Of a stretch of 64,000 bases of DNA, positions 23,390 through 52,700 are shown piece by piece. Position 1 is the stretch's first letter; each line of letters begins with the position of its first letter. Location of the stretch: assembly GCF_036321535.1 (NCBI RefSeq), contig NC_087447.1, positions 5,766,001 through 5,830,000 of the forward strand, given 5' to 3'. A program made the position numbers and the translations under genes. The stretch is from Camelus dromedarius. Its lineage: Eukaryota. The notes under the pieces were generated by a model. That model ran no database searches, had not been told where the DNA came from, and saw only the letters and a program-made list of their open reading frames with translations.

Positions 23390-26300
23390 TTTGGCTTTCA
23401 TTCTAAGTGGAGGGTGTGGGTTAAGTTGGGCTCCCTGGGGAGCAGACTGAGAGAGTGATTGGCCAGCAGGAGGTCTGTTAGGGAGTCCTCTCAAAGATCG
23501 ACACCCAAGAAAGAAGGGATGGAGGCAAGACTGGGCAGAGTGGATCCAGCCAGGCAAGCAGCGATGGTGTCTGGTCAGGAGTGATGGTCATGGAAATAGA
23601 GACAAGTGGACAAATCTTGGCGATACTGGCAGGTGGAACCAGAGCACTTGAAGATGGGTTAGATGTGAGACGTGAAGGAAAGGGAAGAGTCGAGGACACT
23701 TCAGGTCGTGGACTAAACCAAGGGAACAGTGATGCCATATACTGAAATGAAGGATTCCTGAAGTGAGCTGGGTTAGAAAATAATACACAGTTTGGGCGAA
23801 GTTTGAGATCCAGGAGTTGATGTCAAGTGAGTGGTGTGAAGCTCAGAGTCCAGATCTCTCTGTTTTAATTTTTATCTACATGTAGGAGATGTAGATTAGG
23901 GCTGATTTTCATCCAGTGATGCTGGACTCTTCTCTGGTCCTGCCTCCCAGGCCCTGCGGTGGTGCTCTGAGGGCAGTGGCTGGGTGGAAGGTGAGAGAGC
24001 CGGAAGAGAGTGGCCCTCAACTTCTTCCAGGGCTGGCGACCCTGAGAGTGTCCAGGATTAAGCCTCAATGGCGCCATCGTGTGGCTATAATAAGTCTTAA
24101 TAGCAGTAGACTCCAGACTCCAGTTCCCCACAGGATGGGCAAAGAAGTCAGACCATGGCCAGTATCTTCAAAAACCAGCCCTACCACTCCCAATTTCAGA
24201 CTAAATAAATCACTGAGGACTTTGGACAGCTCAGAGTGGGAAGGAGGCAAGGAGCCTCAACAGAAAGAGATAGCTAGGCAACGGAGTTTAAGAAAGCTAA
24301 AATGGTGGTGTACCTGTTCCATAAAAGAAATCAATCAACCTAATAATAATGTTGTCAGTCATCCTTCCACGAGCAGATCTGAGAAGCTGCATGATCTCAT
24401 GTAATCTACACACATCAGTACAAGGAACCAGAGGCTCAGAGAGGTGAAAAGATGTGCCCCAGTTTACATCGTAGTAGATGGTGAGTTAGGAGTTAGGATT
24501 AAAATCAGGTCAGCCTACCAGTGGATCTCAGCTCTATCAGATCCAACACGCCATTTTAACAACAGATATTTCACAATGCTCTCTTCACTTCTGCAGCATC
24601 TGAATTGTGCCTGATGCCTTATTGTACACTCGGTCAATCTTTGTTAAACAAATAAAATGAAATTCATGGATAATATCCTACCTACTGACATAATTTTTAA
24701 AATCAAGGAAAAATAAAATGAAGATAATGTCTGCTAAAAGAAGTGTGCATTTCTACATGTACGTAGTCAAGATCACACTGGAAGCTGTAATGAAGAGATT
24801 ATTGTGACCTGGGACCACCCCAAATACTGAGACATGATCTTCTGAAATGGTGAACACCCTTTTGTAAAGATCTGAACTCATACAAGGAAAATTCTTCCCT
24901 GGATTTTCACTTTAGTAGAATTTCTGGAAAATTCAGTGTATGCTAAAACTGTACACATAATATTATGTGTTTATAGATATAACAGAGCTTGAGGCAGTTA
25001 ATATAAACAGGTTTTTCTACTTACATAAATGACCAATGGGACTTTAGAAAGCTGTGCAGGACATGGAACAATTCTCAGTAATGTGGGCCTGTCCTGAATA
25101 GTGAAGGACATCTAGCATCTCTAGCCCCTGTCTGCTAAGGACCAGAGAGCCCCTATCAATGTGATAACCATGAATGCCCCTACAAACTTCCAGATCTGAT
25201 TTCCCAGGGACAGTAGATCTTCCTCTGAGACGTCCACTGTATGTGAAAGACTAGCCACCTAAGCTCTGCTTATTGGCCTTCTCTTTTGGAGCCTCTCAAA
25301 GATCTGACCCTCCATACCCTCACAACTCATTCCACCCTTTAGGACTCTCTCTGCAAGTGTTTGTTTGCTAGAGGGTTAGAACTGGTGTGATAAATGAGGT
25401 ACATTTCTATCTTCTTCCAATTTCTACAAAAAAAGCTCAGAGAAGTGAACTAACTTGCTCATGGTCACACAGCCAACTGACATGGTAGAACCAGAATTAA
25501 AATCAAGGTCAGTCAATCTGACTCTAAAGCCTGTGACTTTGTCCTCTTTTCTAATTCCTCCTCACTGTCTCCCACCTCTCAGCCCCAGAAAAAGACCTCT
25601 TTTATCCTGGGGAAATAAGTCTTAGGAAACTGAAGCATTTTATTTACTGGAAAGAAATTTTACAAGTTGTCCACCACTCCCAAAGATCAGGAAGTAAGTC
25701 AGAGGGATCTGGAAAAGACTCAGACCACACAGTAGTTACTGCCATTCTCATAAATCAGATGAAATTCCCTGAAGGAAAGTCTGCTGTTTGCCCCACCTTG
25801 TCCTAGAAAGGTCAGTTCATCTGGCCATGTCCTGGGGGTTGAGCCATCCCCTAGACGTTTTCATTCCTGGGCAGCATTTGCTTCAGTGTAAATATAGACC
25901 TTCTCAAACCCTAGTGACAGTAGAGGGTGAAATCAACCCCTTATCCCAGGAACCTCGCTGCAAGCAACTGCCATTTCATTGAAAATTCAGGTCTTTAAAG
26001 AAGTGCTGCAAATTTTGCACACTATGCTGAATATCTGGGGACATGTTCCAATGGAAAAGAAATTTAAAATAAAATTCATCCCAGTATAGCAATTGACATG
26101 TAAGGCATACTTTCAAACATAAGTGTTCATCAGATGCACTCACATATTCCAAGTTCTTTACCTTGATCTACTGAAGCAGAAGCTGAGACCGTGCATTGTC
26201 AACTACTCCCCTGTCCCTCACCCCACACCCCCTGGACACTGGGTGACTGATCTTTTGTGTCTATTGAGAGCGCTGGGAAGAACAATGCTCTGTTTACCCT

Positions 26301-26579
26301 CTAGCTTTGAATGGCTTATCTCCTGCATCCCGGGGGTCTGCAGAGGCCAGTTTGAGAAGCAGAATCTTTATCTGTATTAGAACAAGATTCAAACCCTGCT
26401 TACATCTTCACCACTTCTGCAACTTGGGCAAGTTACTGAGTCTCTCGTTGCTTTAGTTTCCTCATCTGCATCATATCTGTTTCACGGGGTTGTTGTGTGG
26501 TTTCCTGGGCTAGTCTGTGTACATGCCGAGAACACTGAGTGCTTAGCATGGAGTTGGTGCTCATTCAATGTTAGCCATT

Positions 26580-26750
26580 TTTTTTTAGACAGTTTCTTTA
26601 AAAAAATGTATCTCTATTCATTTGGGGGGGGGAGGGCGGCAATTAGGTTTTCTTTCTTTCTTTCTTAAATAAAGGTACTGGGGATTGAACCCAGGACCTT
26701 GTGCATGCTAAGTAGGCACTCTACCACTGAGCTATACACTGCCCACCCCC
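26580..26750 (-). mobile_element. Camelid tRNA-derived SINE
   Basis: TSD ttagccatt on both sides. Confidence 0.88.
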
Positions 26751-26813
26751 ATTAGCCATTATTTTTACTGTTGTTAATATTTTTGTGTACTGGGCACTCT
26801 TCTCAGGAACACC

Positions 26814-27178
26814 TGTGGCAGACAGACTCTAAGGTGGCCCCCATGATCCCCACTCCTGATATCCACATCTTTATGTAATCCCCTCCCCTTGAGTATGGGA
26901 GAGACCTGTGACTTGCTTTTAACCAGTAGAGTACAGCAGAGGTGATCAACACATGTGATTAGGTGTGTGATTATATTAGACAAGATTTTAATATCATCCC
27001 TTTCCCTTATTGGCTTTGAGGAAGCGAGTGGCCACGTTGGAAAGGTCCATATGGCAGCAGCCAACAGCCACATGAGCTTGGAGGCAGATCGTTCCTCAGT
27101 TCAGCCTCCAATGAGATCACAGCCCTAGCCATCCACTTTGTGGCAATGTTTCACACAGCAGGAGGTAACTGATATACC
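26814..27178 (+). mobile_element. MaLR (MLT1-type) solo LTR
   Basis: Starts tgtggcagacagactctaaggtggccccc, ends ...gtaactgata. Confidence 0.75.
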
Positions 27179-27564
27179 AGCCCTCGCTTTTCAAGCTCTT
27201 TGTTCCTGCAATTCTCTCCCCTCTCTTCTGAATCATCAATATCTCCCTTCTTTCTATTTGGCCATTCCATCAACTCACAAGCATGCTCTAGTGTCTCCCA
27301 TCTAAAAAAAAAAAACACTCTAAATGCCCCAAGCTCCCCTAGTTTTCACCTCATCTCCTCTCCTACATGGTAAAACTTCTTGAAATCTTTGTCTCCATTC
27401 ATTGTCTGCATTTCTCAGATTATTTCCTCAATCCACCACTCTTAATGAGTTCCCCAGTGACCTACATGTTGCCCAACTCAAAGATCACTTCTCTCTCCTA
27501 ATCTTGCTTGCCCTCTTGGTGGCACTGGACAGTCAGCCACTTCCTCTTTCTTGAAATACACTCT

Positions 27565-27716
27565 TGCGGGGAGGGTATAGCTCAGGTGGTAGAGTGCATG
27601 GTTAGCATGCAGGAGGTCCTGGGTTCAATCCCCAGTACCTCCTCTGAAAATAAACAAACAAACAAACGTAATCCCCGCCCCCAGAAAAAAAAAAAACTCT
27701 AAAAAAATAATTTAAA
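27565..27716 (+). mobile_element. Camelid tRNA-derived SINE
   Basis: 12-bp TSD gaaatacactct at 27553-27564 and 27717-27728. Confidence 0.92.
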
Positions 27717-28759
27717 GAAATACACTCTCTTCTTCCACTTCCTTGACATCACCCTCTCTGAGTCTTCCTCCTTGCTCAATGTCCATTTCTTCCCAGTCTC
27801 CTCTGCTGCCTCCCTCCTTTTAGCTCAGCTTCTGAATGTTGGCATGCCCTGGCTTCACTATCCCCGTGTGGAGTTGTACAATTTCTCTCTTGAAGGTTGT
27901 TGGGACAATTGCCTGAGATAAATGTGTGGTTTAAAAAAAAATTCCTCCTTTCCCTCCATTAATTATCAGGGTGCCTGCTTGCCTCACTCTGGTGAGAAGA
28001 TGAGCCACCCTTTCCCCCAGACACTTGTCAGGTGGCTTCAGTGTCTGAGGAACAGAACTTTGGGGAAGATGACCGTTTCCCACAAAGGTGAAATACAACA
28101 CCAGCGTGGATCTCCGAAAACCTGGATCTAAGAAAAGTCCCACTGCCTCTCCTGTGCCTTAGAAATTCCTATTTGTAACTCATTCAGCTTTAGACCTTGT
28201 AGGAGGAGGAAGTTCATGGGGCTAGGAGTCGAGGAGTACAGAGGCAATGGCACTGAAGCAGCCAGGGGCAGTGCGGGTGGGTCAGGGACGCCTTCCTGAG
28301 GAACTGTCCCCAAACTGAGAGCTGAAAGGTGTCTGGGAGTTAGGCCGAGGAAGAGCAGTGTGAAGGTTCCAAGGTGTGCAAGAGCTTCAACTCCTGCAAA
28401 TAGAGTGAGACTGGAGTGTCAGGTGCAGAGCACAGACAGAGGACCACGGCGAGACTGGAACTTCGGGGCCTTAGGAGCCAGATTAAGGACCTGGGACTGC
28501 CTCCTGTGAGAGACAAAGGGAGCCCTGAAGAGCTGAAACTGAGGAGGGCACAAGCCGGGGAGCTCCGTCACTGCTGGGCTCCCTCAGGCCCTCCCCTCTC
28601 AGACCTCAGCTGGGAGCGTGGCGTGGCTCTGGTCTGGCTTCAGCACTGCTTTCTGAGTAGCTCAGAGTCACTTAGTCACTTCATGTCTATAGACCTCTGC
28701 TGCCAAAAGAAGTCAGTTCAGACCAGATGATCATTAGGACCATATCTCCCCACTCTCCA

Positions 28760-29927
28760 TGCCCAGATTAACCCTCTACCCACTTATGGGGCTTCCCCCA
28801 ATTCCCTTAAAATCTCTCTTCCCTGTTTCTTCTCCCCCGGCTGGTAACATCTTGGAGGAAAATTCCTTTTTCTCATCTGTCTCTCTGGAACAGAGCAGAA
28901 TCCCATGGGCCCCACCCCCAAGTACAGAGGCCCCTCCATGTCCCCTGCATGTTGTTTATAGAAAAGCTGAAGTCTCCCAGGCTTCCAGAGTGGAAAGGCT
29001 AACTGCGTGATGACCAGATCACAGCTGTGACATAAACTGCTCCATCTCGGGCAGCACTGAAATCTCTGGCCAGGACAATTCCAAGAACCGGCCTTAAGAA
29101 AATGGGATTAACACTATTGCTCATAATAATCTGTATCTTTGTGGGCATCAAAATAATTGTACCTTGTTCTGCTTGTCTATGTAAACAGGCAACTACAACT
29201 GTCAGCAAGGAGATGCTACAGACCCATGTCAACATTTTCCACCCTAAGAATACAGTGCCCTATGTCAGCATGAAGAAGTTACAGAAGACAGACCTTCACC
29301 CATAATCCCATAGAAATGGAATGATGTTCTGACAAGTCGGGATTTATAAGCAGCTTTTGGCAGGAAAGAGCTCTTTGCAGGACGGAGCTCTCTGCAGGAG
29401 GCCTCTTTAGTCTTGTCACTAAACTTAAACCAGGCACGCCCCTGCTCTACTCGTATCTGGCCCCAACACATCTTTCAGATCTTTTGATCACACAATACCT
29501 TGCCTAACTTGTTGGTTCTTTCCATAGATCAAAGAAGCAGAAATTAAGAATAAGTAATTAACAGATGACCAGTTCTCTTCCCTAGCTTCCCCTTCAGTCA
29601 TCTCATGAACAAACTGTGTGAACAAGATAACATGTAAAGAAAGATCACAAGTCAACAAGCCTGTACGCAGTGGCAGGTGGTGACCACTCTGACCCCCATC
29701 TCAATGATTAACTGAGATTACTTCCCTTTTTCCCTTTAAAAACTTTCATGGCTGAGCAGAATCTGGGGACATGGTTTTGTGGGGACACTGAGTACACCAT
29801 CCTCCCAGATTGCTGGCATTCTGATTAAAAGCAACTTTCCTTTCTACCATTTGCCTCTCTCTCTCTGTCTCTCTCTCTCTCTCACTGATTTTTGAGAGGC
29901 GAGCAGCTGGATCTGAGTTCGGTAACA
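28760..29927 (+). mobile_element. ERV/LTR-like insertion (internal remnant plus LTR ~29325-29927)
   Basis: TG...CA flanked by TCTCCA (28754-28759, 29928-29933); TATA-like tttaaaaa ~29734, ATTAAA 29824-29829, TC repeat, env-tail-like ORF. Confidence 0.6.
29853..29884. repeat. (TC)n microsatellite inside LTR
   Basis: cctctctctctctgtctctctctctctctca. Confidence 0.85.
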
Positions 29928-30769
29928 TCTCCACTAGACTGGGAGCTCACGATAGGCAATACTATGCCTAGTGCCTCTGTTCATGTTGCTTGCAAGGCCC
30001 TAGAACACTTGGTGAATGCTTGAAGGAACAAAAGAACAGTCCCAACCCTGTGCACTGTTTGCATGTTTGCATTTGATCCCCATAACAGCCTGAGGCACTG
30101 CCAGTCCAGGGGGTATTAGCTGCCATTTTGCTGATGAGATGAGGGGCCTCAAAGAGGGGGTGCAGCTATAAATCAACTATACCTCAATTTAAAAAAAGAG
30201 GTAATCGATCTGTGAATCCAAGCTCTGAAGCCAAATCCCTGGGTTCAGGCCCAGCTCTTTCACTTAGCAGATGTTTCGCAAGCTACTTAATATATCTAAG
30301 CCTCTACTTCCTCAATTATAAGATGGGGATGACATCTACTTCACGGGATACTTACTACGATTAAAAGGAGATGGCATATAATGTGTAACATATAATAAGC
30401 ATGTAATAAATGCTAGCTATTATTTTTATTCTCAGCTCAGCATCATTTCCCCTCCCCAAACAGCAGCTCCAAGACCTAGGAAGATTACTTCAAAGCTGGA
30501 ACCCCGGGCCACCTGTCCGCAGACCCTGCTGGTGTCAGGCGCCTTAGGGCGGCGCTGGGACCCACCCGTTTGCGCCGCCTGGCCGCTCCACGTGCCTCAC
30601 GTAAATAAGCGAGCGCGCAGGCGCCCCCGGCCGGCGCCCATTGGCCGGCGCCCCGCCGCCCCAGGAGCTGGGGGAGGACCAGGACCCCGGGCCGCCGGCT
30701 GCTCCGCCCCGTCGGTTGATCCGCGCGTCTGTCCTTGCGTGAGTCCGGGCCCCCGGCTTCGCCCTCGCC

Positions 30770-35157
<4,388 letters not shown>

Positions 35158-35619
35158 GGTGCAGCAGCTCAGGACCTGGTGGTGACCAGAGCAGCCCCTT
35201 CCCCTGCCTGACCTGCGTGGCCAGGCCCCTCCCCAGGAGGCACAGCTGGCTGAGGGACGGGCACCAGGTACCTGAGGGTGAGCAAAGGCCACTGGGCTCA
35301 GGGCACAGCCCCTCCCCCGACCCCCACCCACCTACCCTGAAGTTCCCCAACTGCACCTTTGTTGAATTGTGGTAGCTAGGAGGACCTTGGGGTGAAGGAT
35401 GAAGTCTTGGCAGCCGAAGCTGGGGCAAGAACCCTGGGCTCGGGTAAGGAGCAAGTGGGAAGAAAATACTGTGGTCTTAAACCCAGCTGTGTCCTCAGCA
35501 GGCTCTGGCTTCCTGCCCTGGCTTTCCTCTGATGCTATAAATTTTCTGGTCCCCTGGATCTGGGGGCAGTGTTGCCTTCCATATCTAGAGAAACTATTGT
35601 AACCCACCTTTTCTAACAC

Positions 35620-35625
35620 AATAAA
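35620..35625 (+). terminator. CTSF polyadenylation signal AATAAA
   Basis: Canonical hexamer ~460 nt after the stop, followed by a GT-rich element. Confidence 0.8.
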
Positions 35626-35790
35626 GAGGTGTCCTGGGCCCCAGTGTGGTGTGAATGCTTGGTCCTTGAGGGCAAGGCAGGGTGGTGGGGAACCCTGGAG
35701 AATCATGGTTGGGCAGCTGGCCCAGAAGCCCGGGGGCCCAGCCTCTGCTTCAGGAACCAGAAGGAGATGGAGAAAGGCCCACGATGCATC

Positions 35791-35796
35791 TTTATT
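35791..35796 (-). terminator. ACTN3 polyadenylation signal AATAAA
   Basis: tttatt on plus strand, ~105 nt after the ACTN3 stop. Confidence 0.85.
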
Positions 35797-35899
35797 CAGA
35801 AACACTTGGCTGGTCTTTCTCCGGGGCCCCTGCTCTGAGGGATGGATGGGCTCAGCCAGAGGAGATACCCTCTCTCCAGACTTGGCGTAGGGGTCGAAG

Positions 35900-48529
<12,630 letters not shown>

Positions 48530-49471
48530 CTTGCTCGGGCTCCTGGCTCCGCTCCGCTCGGAGAGCTGCAGAACATGGGGGCCGCGTTAAGTAGCGCCCA
48601 GCCCAGCCCCGGATCGGATTCGCGCTAAATATGGGGGAGGAGGGAGGGGCCGGATGGGGGCGAGGGCGCTTGGGTCGGGACCAGGCAGGAGGTTGTCCTG
48701 GGGTTAGGAGACTGCAGAATTTTGGGGCACTAGGATGGATCCCGTGGCGGAGATCCGGGGTTCGCGTTCCAGCTCCGCCGCTTGGGCGCTGTGTGACTTT
48801 GGGAAAGCCATGGACCCTCTCTGAGTCTGTTTCCTCACATATACAACGGAGATGACGATAACAATGGTGGCTGCAGGCCGCTCTGGGATCTGCCTTTTGG
48901 GCCTCCTCCCGACCCTTTTCCTGCACTGTGCTGGTGGGAAACAGGGAGCACCATTCCCATTTCACAGTCAGAAACATCGAGGCGCCCAGCTGTTTTGAAT
49001 GTTTTCTGGAGAGATGAAGGGAGACATTCCGAGCATGGGGACGGGCTCCAAGCCAGCTGGTTGGGCCGAGGCAGGTCTATTAATATCGGGGCGACTGGGG
49101 GGTGAGGGAGAATGTGCTGAGCCGGGAAACCCCGATGCCACCAAGGCTGCAACTCAATCCTCCTGGCGTGAGGGCCAGCGGGACTAGCGCGCCAGGCGTC
49201 CGAGGGAAGGGTGGGGCCTCCGCGAGTGGGCGGGGCCATAACGGTGCTGTCCTACCGGGCTCTACAGCCAACAAGATTTCAAGCATCGACTTGGCTCGTT
49301 CGGCCGTCCAATCACATCTCCCTAACTGCGGACTGCTGCCTGTGAACCTGAACGCTCGCCGCACCCTTTCACAGCTTCTATTGGTCATGGCAGACGTCCG
49401 TTTGCCGCTATCCCCGCCCCAATACGGAAGCTACGGGGTACTCGGGATCCGACCGCGGGTGGGTCCAGGCC

Positions 49472-49752
49472 ATGGGGCAGCCCTGGGCGGTGGGGAGCGC
49501 CGAGGGGGCGCCGGCGGGGCTGCCCCTTGTGCTCACCGCGCTGTGGGCCGCGGCCGTGGCCCTGGAGCTGGCCTACGTGCTGGTACTGGGTCCCGGGCCG
49601 CCCCCGCTGGGACCCTTGGCCCGAACCTTGCAGCTTGCGCTGGCAGCCTTCCAGCTGCTCAACCTACTGGGCAACGTGGGGCTCTTCCTGCGCTCGGATC
49701 CCAGCATCCGGGGTGTGATGCTGGCCGGCCGTAGTCTGGGCCAGGGCTGGGC
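49472..49752 (+). CDS. ZDHHC24: ZDHHC24 exon 1
   Basis: [25 protein letters not shown]...GQGW, donor gtgagt. Confidence 0.95.
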
Positions 49753-52700
49753 GTGAGTGGGGTGCGGGACCTGGCGGGAGGAGAAGCGGGAGCTATGGGC
49801 AGGGGAAGGCCCCTAGGACCTAAAGATGTTAGAACCAGCTTACAATAAGATCCGCTTGTTTGAGCCAGAGAACTCCTTTAGAACCAGAAGCCAGAAGGAG
49901 TATCTTTCATTAACTTACAAATATTTATTGAGTACCTACTATGTGCAAGGTGCTGTCCTAGGCACTGGAGATACAATAAAACATTACTGATTTCAGGGGG
50001 GAGGGGCAGATGGTAAACTTTAGGCGTAATAAATTAGCAAATAATGTAGAATGTTAGAAGGTGTTGGTAAGGAAACAAAAAGAGCTGGGTAAAGGGGATG
50101 CAAATTGTTGCCTGAAATAGGGTGATCAAGGTAGGCCTCATCTAGAAGGTGGCATTTGAGCAAAGACTTGAAGGCAGTGAGAGAGTAAGCCACATTCATC
50201 TGGGAGAAGAATATTCCAGGCAGAGGGAACAGACAATGCAAAGGCCCTGAGGCACTTTTGTGCCCAGCATGTTCCAGGAACAGCAAGACAGCCATTGTGG
50301 CTGACGTGGAGTGAGTGGGGGAAAAGGACAGGTTAGAGATGTAAAGACCTTGTAAGACATTGAAGGCTTTGCTTTTTACAAGAAGTGAAATGGGAGCCAT
50401 TGGAGGGCTTTGAGCAGAGGAGGGGCATGACAGATTTCAAAAGAATCAGTCTGGCCACTGGGATGAGACTACACTAGATGGGGGCAAAGGTGGAATCAGG
50501 GAGACCAGTCGAGAGGCTTATGCAATAATCCAGGAGAGAGTTCATGGTGACTTGGACCAAGGTGGTGACTGGAGGAAATGAGACGTTTGCTCCTGACTGT
50601 TAGAGGCCAGAGAAAGGCCTCAGGACTAGGGCTTTCAGTGGAGGAGCCCTCAGACCTGCTGTGCTAGGAGTGGAAGGGTCTTGGAGGTGGTGTTCTGCCT
50701 GCATTTACCTGTGAAGAACCTGAGGCTTAGTGAGCGCACTGGCTGTGCCTGCTTCCCCAGGATGGACTCAGGGCTGACTGGGGCATGATACAGGGGGTTC
50801 AGAGCTGCTAGGGGAACTGACCATGTGGTTCCTTCCCTGCAGTTACTGCTACCAGTGCCAGAGCCAGGTGCCACCACGCAGTGGGCACTGCTCTGCCTGC
50901 CGCATCTGCATCCTTCGCCGGGACCACCACTGCCGCCTGCTGGGCCGCTGCGTGGGCTTCCACAACTACCGGCCCTTCCTGTGTCTGCTGCTTCACACCG
51001 CAGGTGTCCTGCTTCACATCTCTGTGCTGCTGGGCCCTGCCCTGTCTGCCCTGCTGCGAGCCTACTCACCTCTCCATACTGCCGCCCTCCTCCTGCTGCC
51101 CTGGCTGATGCTGCTCACAGGTGGGGAGCCACGGAGGCCTCCACAGGGAGGCAGAGGCCCATTCTGGTGGGAGGTGGGACTACCAGCTGGTTCTCCAGGC
51201 AGTGCCCTGGGGACCCAGTCCCAGTGTCAGTTGTAGGAGGTGAGGGCAGCCTGGTATTCAACTGAGGTGTGCATTCTGCTAAAACACAGTGCCTCGACAT
51301 AGGTACAGCATTCTGGCTGAGAGAATCAGGGGAGGGTTCCAGGAGGTGTTGGCTGAGGAGGAAAGATCAGTGGGATTTCACTGAGAAAGGGTGGGAGGGT
51401 GAGGGAACATTCTGAGCTGAGGAAGCAGTGTGAACAAAGGCTTGGAGATTGAGTTGGGTAGGGAGCAGTGAAGGCAACTCAATGGGAATTTTGAGAATTG
51501 AGCCTAGGATGGCAGTTGAGGACTGGGTGACGTGAGGAGATGGCCCTTCCTAGACTGCGTAGTGGGGAGCCGGTTAAAGTTACAGGCAGGGGAAGGTGCA
51601 GTCTTTGGAAGTTGGAAGGGGACGTTTTGGATGAGGATGCTGACTGAGAGGCTGTGTCCTGGATGACTCTCTCCTTTGACACCACCCCAGATAGAAACCC
51701 CACTGGGTTTTCATACTTTGTTTTGTGCCCCCCAGAATGCTTTGGGTTTTCTCTCTCCTGACTCCTTCCTCCTGACCTCTCCCCAGTCTTCCTTGTAACC
51801 TTGTCCTGCAGTTACTAAACTCTCCAACCTCTCTGAATAGTGGCTGTCTCTTCATCCTATTCAAGCCCAGCTTTGTCCCCAGGACCCCCTCCCTGCAGCC
51901 CAGGGGAGGCCTTGGGATCCCCAGTGGGATTGTCAGGGTCTTCCTCTGCCCACACTGGCTTCCTGAGCAGCCCTCCTCCATGACCCCTGCCTCCACTGAG
52001 ACTCAGGCCTTCCGGCTGCACCTCCCTGCACCTGCCCTCCGTCCATGGCCTCCTGCTCCCTCCCCGCAGTCACTGAAGACTTGGGCTCCTGCACCCAGTC
52101 TTTCTCTCAGCCCTGGGCCTTGTGGAAATCACAGGTTTCTGGAAGTTGGGTGAATGGCCCCAGTCGCTCAGCTTCTTGATCTTCTCCTCCATTTTCCTTC
52201 CTTCTCCGACAACCACATCCACACCCTAGTCCTGTCAGTACCCAAAATATGTCACCTCCCAGATCACCCCACCAGCCACCCCTCTCTCTGCTCCCGCCTC
52301 CCTTCCTATTCACCTCTCACTCTTTTATCCCACGATACCTGCTCCGGAGCTCTTGGCCCTCACCTTCCTGTCCATCAGCACCTTCCCTCTTCACAGTCCC
52401 TGGTCCAGCTCAGAGCCCTCATTCCTACCCTTCTCCTGCAACATCTCAAACCTCTTTGCTCCATCTTCCTTCCACTGTGCTTTCCTGGCTTCTCCATGTC
52501 TGCCCTTGGCTGCTGACAGCTGCCAGAGATGCCTGGTACTTCATGGCAGTTGGTACCATGTCATGTTTATGGCTACGGACCTCAATAGGCCCTCTCTGGT
52601 TCCTGATGTCCTGGTTTCTCATAAGCTCACTCCCCCTAATCACTGCAGCTCAGACCTTTACACTTTCCTGTCCTCCGAGCCCCAGCCTCGCATGAAAATA

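Noticed and set aside
27565-27645. tRNA-Ala(AGC)-like genes (also at the seven other SINE heads)
   Set aside because: Each has a mismatched acceptor stem and SINE A-rich tail, several have clear TSDs, and the copies are dispersed. They are SINE heads, not tRNA genes.
28843-28858. ggtaaca-tcttggagg as the end of a 5' LTR plus PBS
   Set aside because: It shares only ggtaacatct with the 3' end at 29921-29930. The upstream sequence does not match the LTR and I recognise no 18-nt tRNA complement. It remains an ambiguity for the element's left boundary.
49102-49734. 210-aa plus-strand ORF overlapping the ZDHHC24 promoter
   Set aside because: GC-rich CpG-island ORF with G/A/P/R-biased composition and no recognisable homology.
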